In this document: positions 58,081 to 64,000 of the stretch, one piece after another
Layout: the number at the start of each line of letters is the position of its first letter
Position numbering within the stretch: position 1 is the first letter of the stretch
Origin: the human T2T-CHM13v2.0 reference genome, Homo sapiens
Length of the DNA stretch: 64,000 nt
Assembly (NCBI RefSeq): GCF_009914755.1
Contig: NC_060938.1
Strand: one strand, 5' to 3'
Position numbers and translations under genes: made by a program
The notes under the pieces: model-generated
Database searches by the model: none
What the model saw: only the letters and a program-made list of their open reading frames with translations
Told to the model about the DNA's origin: nothing

Positions 58081-60854
58081 ATTAAGTGAATATATCTTCA
58101 GATTTTTTGAGCAGACATATTTATGGATATATAAAAGATATTTAGGAAAAAATAAATATGTAGTTGTTATACTCTGTATTTTGCTGTTTGTTCTTTATTT
58201 TATTTTACATTGATTTATAAACATTCTTCTGAAGATTGTGTAAGCCACAATACAACTTTTAGTGTGAATATTAGTAGTGATTTTAAATATTTACTGAGTT
58301 TCATCTGCAAACTTACTGTTTTATGAAATAATTCTTTATTCATATACTGTGAAAGTTAAATTTACCTTGATGATTAGGATGCACTATTTCCTTCCTCTAT
58401 TATAGTGTAATTTTTAAAAGAAACTTCCTGATAGTTTATTAGATATAAATTCAAATACAGTGCAGCATACCCTGTTTTGTGAACATATCTTTTATTTTGT
58501 AGACAGTATTTTCATCTTTTTATTGTATAGAAATAAATTTAGTTCTTTTCTTGGTGACTGGAGGCCAAGTTCAGTTGCTTTAAAAGGAAAAGTAGATTTA
58601 GGATGGAAGTACTGTATAGCTTCTTGCAGGTTTATTCTTCTTATGATCGATCCGCTGACTGATTAATTCTATACTGTAATACTTAGAACATGAACGTTCT
58701 GTGCACAAGGCTATTTCTCTGACTGGTATGTTAGCACATAATAGTATGTACAGAAGAGTTCTAACAGTAAGGACAATAATATTGTGCTGATTTTAACCTC
58801 TTCTTGGTATTTTTAAATCTTTGTCCTCACAAAAATTATCTGATAATATGGGCAAAAGTAGTTGCTTCAACTTATGTGAATACACAGTGCCAAAGTTATT
58901 CATATGGCCAGAAAAAAAACCCCAGTAATATCCTCATTTGTTTAGAAATAGGCAACATTTGATAATTGTAAATACAGGAAAGATTTTCTTCCCAATAAGA
59001 GCATATAAAAATAATTTTAAAGTAGTATATTAATTGCTAAATTGTTCACACGTTTATAACTCCTTATGAACGCTTCCCTTAAGAAAAGCATCTAAAAATA
59101 GTTAAAAATAATGTTCTTCCTTCATGAAACACTTTCTTTCCTTGACTTCTGCAAATAAAAACTCTCCAGGTTCCTGATGGAATTATATAACTTTGTTTAT
59201 CTTTAATAAACTCTGTATTGATTATTGAGGCAATTCCACTCAATTTACCACTTTATTAATTTTATTAATTTAAAAAAGCCAATTGTTCAAAATTTTTAGT
59301 TTAGAGCATTTTTGGTTAATGTTACCTTTTTGTTTTCAGCATAACTAAACACATTACTTAAGATGTAGCAGATACACATAAACGTATGTTGTATATTAAA
59401 TGTGTCATTACAAAATTGAAAAATCTGCCATTGGCTTCCAAACTGATCAACTGTTACTCATACATATGATAAACCAAAGCTATGGAAAAATGAGATTACT
59501 ATTCATTCAATCTAAATATAATATTTTGAAGGGCGCTGTAATGTTTTAGTCTCAAAAGAGAGTATGGTAGAAGGAGAAAGGAGATAATTTCTCTGAGAAG
59601 TCATTCTATAGGAAAAACATAGTATTGGAATTTTTTCAATTAGAAGTCAGAAATTTGGGAACGATGCTTTAAGTAAGATGAATTGGAAAAAAAACACTGA
59701 AGAACATAACTAACATATAATGAAACATAGTATTTTGCAGACAAATTCCATAAAAATTGTTAATTCTATCTTATGAAATGCCCAACATTTTTACTTGATT
59801 AGGTGTGGTCTCAAAGGAACTGAGCTTCATGGATCAAACAACACACATTTCATTTCATCCTCCTCTTCAGACAAGCAATATATTTTTTTTAGGTAAGTAA
59901 TGAAGGTCCACTATTTTTCTGTGGTACACAAATTATTTTGTATATATTTAAGAGGAGAGCCATAGCTCTAATTTGCATATCTTTCTAAGGTGCGTATCTC
60001 TCTCATACTGCTCAAGTCCTATTTGTCTTTTTTTAAGGTCTCTGATAACATAGTACTATATATTTTTGTGCCCCATTACAAATATTTGAGTGCATAAATC
60101 TATTTTTGGAGTTTATAGCAGAAAAGTGGAAATAAATTGTGTATACACAAGAATGGAAAAAAGTCAAAAATCATTAGCCACTGTGTTGACAACTGTAAGG
60201 ACCAAATATGGAACATAAAAATCTTTCTTTTCTAAGGCTAAATATGATATGAGGAAAAAGTACGTGAGAAATAAGGTATGATTCCTGATTTAAAGTAATT
60301 TCTTTAATGTTTGCTGTGTGCAAACAATTAAAATTAGCTCTCAGTTACTTCTCATTGATTTAAAAGCTTATAGTAAAGTTGAGTGGTGCTAGTGTAAGTA
60401 TAATGACATCAGAGTAACATAATTGTCACTCAATGAAGAATTCTATGACATGGTGTGTGGCAGTTGTTTTATAAAAGTTGTGTCATGGGAAGATGGTCAC
60501 TCCTACTGACATTTTGGCAGAGGAAGAATTATAAAAAGTTCCTCTAATATTACCTGCCCTGTTTGTTGTTATTGGTAGAATGTTTTATATTTTTCCTTAC
60601 TTCTGTAAAAGTATCCTCTGAGAAGCATACTTTGTGTTTCAATGGAAATATCAGAAGTACAAATTGAACTTTTGGGAAGACTTTTTTTGAACATGGGTGT
60701 CATTTGCTGTCAAGACTGAAGAGCAAATTTTCATAAATATCAATCAACCATGGTTTTAAGGGAGCCATTGCTGATTGTACAAATGTTCAAAGGAAACATA
60801 CTCTAGAGAAGGCAAGGATAAGTAGCTTTGTCTTTAAAGCATAAAGACTTTGAT

Positions 60855-61425
60855 AAAAAGAAATGCAAATTTGGTCTTTGTCCTCTGTTCCTGACACAGA
60901 GCTGAAAACCTTTGAAATTTCCTGGGTGACAGGGGTGTCTTTTTTTTTTTTTTTTACATGAGGCCACTCTTGGTGGGCCTGAGATAGCTTCTGAATGGGG
61001 GCTGGTCACCAGAAAGACCAAAACATGATTAAACAGTTGAAACTTTGCCTCCACTCTCTGATCTCCAGGGAGGGAAGAAGGATGGGAGGTTGAGTCAACC
61101 ATCAATGGCCACTGACTTCATCATTCATGCCCACGTAATGAAACTTCCATACAATTCAGGATTCAGAGAGCTTCCTGGGAGGGAGCTGTGATAACTTTCA
61201 ATTTATAGCTGGTCAGTTAGAAGTACGGGAGGCACAGGAGTAGAGATCGATGTCGGCAGTGGAGGCAGTCTTATACATTGAGCCCTTGACCTGTGGGGTC
61301 TCGACTAACTTTTGGTTAGTGTCAGAAGTGAATTGAATTTTAGGGGAACTAGTTGGTGTCCAGATGGTTGGAGAAATGGTTGGTCTGAGATAAAATAACA
61401 AACATTTAGTGTCAAAAGTGTTGTT
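60855..61425 (+). mobile_element. MER21-family LTR
   Basis: ggggctggtcaccagaaagacc, gtcagaagtgaattgaatt. Confidence 0.8.
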
Positions 61426-61439
61426 ATTAAAAGCAGTTT

Positions 61440-61650
61440 CAAATGACTGACTCTGGAGCCAGACACCTTAAGTTCATATCCCAATACCATCACTTTTAAG
61501 CTGTGCTACTTTTCAGAATTGTTGTTTGGTGACTCACTTTTGTTATTGACAATAATGTATCTATTTCATAGGTTTATTATGAGCACTAACTTAATGAAAA
61601 GTGTTTTCAGTCATGAGTGCCATTAGGTAATTCACAATCATTGTTATATA
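61440..61650 (+). mobile_element. MIR fragment
   Basis: gactctggagccagac...atttcataggtttattatgag. Confidence 0.55.
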
Positions 61651-62004
61651 TCATTACTATGACAACAAATTGACAGATATTTCTAAGGACATGTATATAA
61701 GGCCTACATATACAAATCCTTTCAATTTCCTCATTATTGAGAGAAAAATCTCCATGTCATTTTTGAAGGGTATGGCAATGTTTATGACATTGTGTAATGA
61801 CATGCACAAAATCTCCAGTGCATGTCTTGTATCAATTTTTGTTCTGGAATATCTTCTCAAACATATTCACACAGCATACACTTTTGAAGGATAAATATAG
61901 TGCTTGCCTTTGGAACAGGTCATACATTTGTTTCCTGACTAGAAGAGGATAATGTCTCCCTGTCAGGCAAAATTTAGTCAGGTTTGCTAGTAGTTCCCTT
62001 AAAA

Positions 62005-62351
62005 CAGGGGTCCCCAACCTACAGGCTGTGGACCAGTATTGATTTGTGGCCTGTTAGGAACCAGGTCACACAGCAGGAGGTGAGCAGCAGGCCAGTTAGA
62101 ACTGCTGCCTGAGCTGTGCCTCCTGTCAGATTAGGGCAGCATTAGATTCTCATAGGAGTGCAAACCCTATTGTGAACTGTGTATGTGAGGGACCTAGTTT
62201 GCATGCTCCTTATGAGAATCTAACTAATGCCTGACGATCTGAGGTGGAACAGTTTTATTCTGAAAATATCCCTCTCTCCCAGCTTCCAGTCTGTGGAAAA
62301 ATTGTCTTCCATGAAACTGGTCCCTGGTGTCAAAAACATTAGTGACCGCTG
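62005..62351 (+). mobile_element. MER1B (hAT-Charlie)
   Basis: caggggtccccaacc...gaccgctg with perfect 8-bp TSD ccttaaaa. Confidence 0.92.
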
Positions 62352-62374
62352 CCTTAAAAAACTGGGGGTTTCTG

Positions 62375-63036
62375 CAACAGATGCTGGAGAGGATGTGGAG
62401 AAATAGGAATGCTTTTACACTGTTGGTGGGTGTTAAATTATTTCAACAATTGTGGAAGACAATGTGTGGTGATTCCTCAGGGATCTAGAACTGGAAATAC
62501 CATTTGACCCAGCAGTCCCATTACTGGGTATATAATCAAAGGATTATAAATCATTCTACTACAAAGACACATGCACACATATGTTTATTGTGGCACTGTT
62601 CACAATAGCAAAGACTTGGAACCAACCCAAATGCCCATCAATGATAGACTGAATAAAGAAAATGTGGCACATACACACCATGGAATACTGTGCAGCCATA
62701 AAAAAGGATGAGTTCATGTCCTTTGCAGGGACATGGATGAAGCTGGAAACCATCATTCTCAGCAAACTAACACAGGAACAGAAAACCAAACACTGCATGT
62801 TCTCACTCATAAGTGGGAGTTGAACAACAAGAACACATGGACATGTGGGGGCAGGGGGGAACATTACACACCGGGCCTGTCGGGAGGTGGGGGGCTGGGA
62901 AAGGGATAGCATTAGGAGAAATACCTAATGTAGATGATGGGTTGATAAGTGCAGCAAACCACCATGGCACATGTATACATATGTAACAAGCCTGCAAGAT
63001 CTGCACAAGTACCCCAGAACTTAAAGTATAATTTTA
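62375..63036 (+). mobile_element. 5'-truncated L1PA7-like
   Basis: ORF2 C-terminus and 3' UTR; 19-bp TSD aaaaaactg(g/t)gggtttctg. Confidence 0.9.
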
Positions 63037-63324
63037 AAAAAACTGTGGGTTTCTGAAGCTTCAGGTTCTTCAGTTGCAACATAAACTCACCATTTGTGCA
63101 GCAGATGTGGAACATATGAGAACATGAAGATAATTCTGCTTGCTATGTTGTAAGTAATGAAGCCTTTTGCCTCTGATCCAGGAGTCTGGTGTAGTCTTCT
63201 AGCTTCTGTTAAATTGTAGCAGGCTAAGTTACTTGCTTACATACATCAGATTCTTCACAGTTTTTGACCTTTGGTTTGGCAGGAGTATGTGGCTTCAACC
63301 CTTAGAAGATGTGACAACCAGTAA

Positions 63325-63720
63325 ATGTCGTAGAATGTATTAATATTCAGCAAATTTCCTTCTTCCCCACCTGCCACTGGAAGAGGGTACTTTCTCACTG
63401 AAATGATGCCATCTTTACGTATGTGATTTACTCTTTGTGACTACTGTATGAATAGAGGTTACAGATATGCTTGTGTGGGTCGGTTTGAGCTCTTGCAATC
63501 ACATCTCCCACCATGATAAGAGCATGCCCAAGTAGCTATTGATCTCAGAATGCAGAAAGAAATTAAGTTGACTTAAACTAAACTTTAGCCTAGAGTGAAG
63601 TCCGGAAACTCAGTCAATATCAACTGAATCTGTTAGGCACAGCTGAACAACATTTGGTAAACAGAACTGCAAGAGAAAAATAAAGTTTGTTGTTGAAGCC
63701 ATTAAGATATATGGTCATAC
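63325..63720 (+). mobile_element. MLT1I/J-like MaLR LTR
   Basis: ccatgataagagcatgcccaagtagc...aataaagtttgttgttgaagcca. Confidence 0.6.
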
Positions 63721-64000
63721 TGAAAAGTATGCATTAGGCCCTGAGCAATAGATGGTGATGCTAGGAATGATTATCTGATTTTTTCCAAAAAAATTTGTCA
63801 CCTCACCGCAATTATTTTTACCTGCAAGATCAAAATTCCCTTTATGGGAAAAATGTGTAATTGGAATATAATATTCTTCGGCTTAAGGTAATAATAATAA
63901 GAACCTTAGCACTGTTGTAGGCCACTAAAATATGCAAATTACTTCCTAATTTTACTGCATGAATGAGAAAATTAGAGGATTTTGGGGTGACTTTTGTGCC

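Larger units (their letters stand above)
61860..63270 (+). mobile_element. Old ERVL-class LTR split by MER1B and L1PA7
   Basis: LTR-like halves 61860-62004 and 63037-63270 (gtaatgaagccttttgcctctgatccaggagtct...ttcacagtttttgac); family uncertain. Confidence 0.5.

Noticed and set aside
59795-59900. Perfect AG/GTAAGT donor at ~59891 as a possible lncRNA exon end
   Set aside because: Acceptor weak; cannot be supported without RNA data

Overview
Primate (very likely human) AT-rich, CpG-poor, repeat-dense non-coding DNA, either gene desert or deep intron. No host protein-coding exon, RNA gene or CRISPR array can be supported. Every recognisable ORF in the track is an L1/L2/Alu/LTR remnant or noise. 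2.8-18.2 kb is one ancient, near full-length L1M (L1MC/MD-type) on + that carries nested younger L1s (three with twin-priming inversions), Alus, a THE1C and a collapsed MADE1. The rest is a mosaic of L1PB/L1MA/L1PA/L1ME, Alu, MIR, L2, MaLR/ERVL/ERV1 LTRs and DNA transposons. I do not see a new biological system. The strongest unexplained structure is a 495-bp piece of non-TE DNA (50170-50664) copied in inverted orientation, ~97% identical and without indels, into an L1 42 kb away (7556-8050). It has microhomology at both junctions and no poly(A), which points to a DNA-templated insertion. Smaller items: a poly(A)-only insertion, a fold-back palindrome, a MaLR provirus with discordant LTRs, two internally deleted L1s, two older local duplications, an intact DUX4/TATA THE1C and an RFX X-box. 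Subfamily names come from recalled consensus sequences, not a database search.
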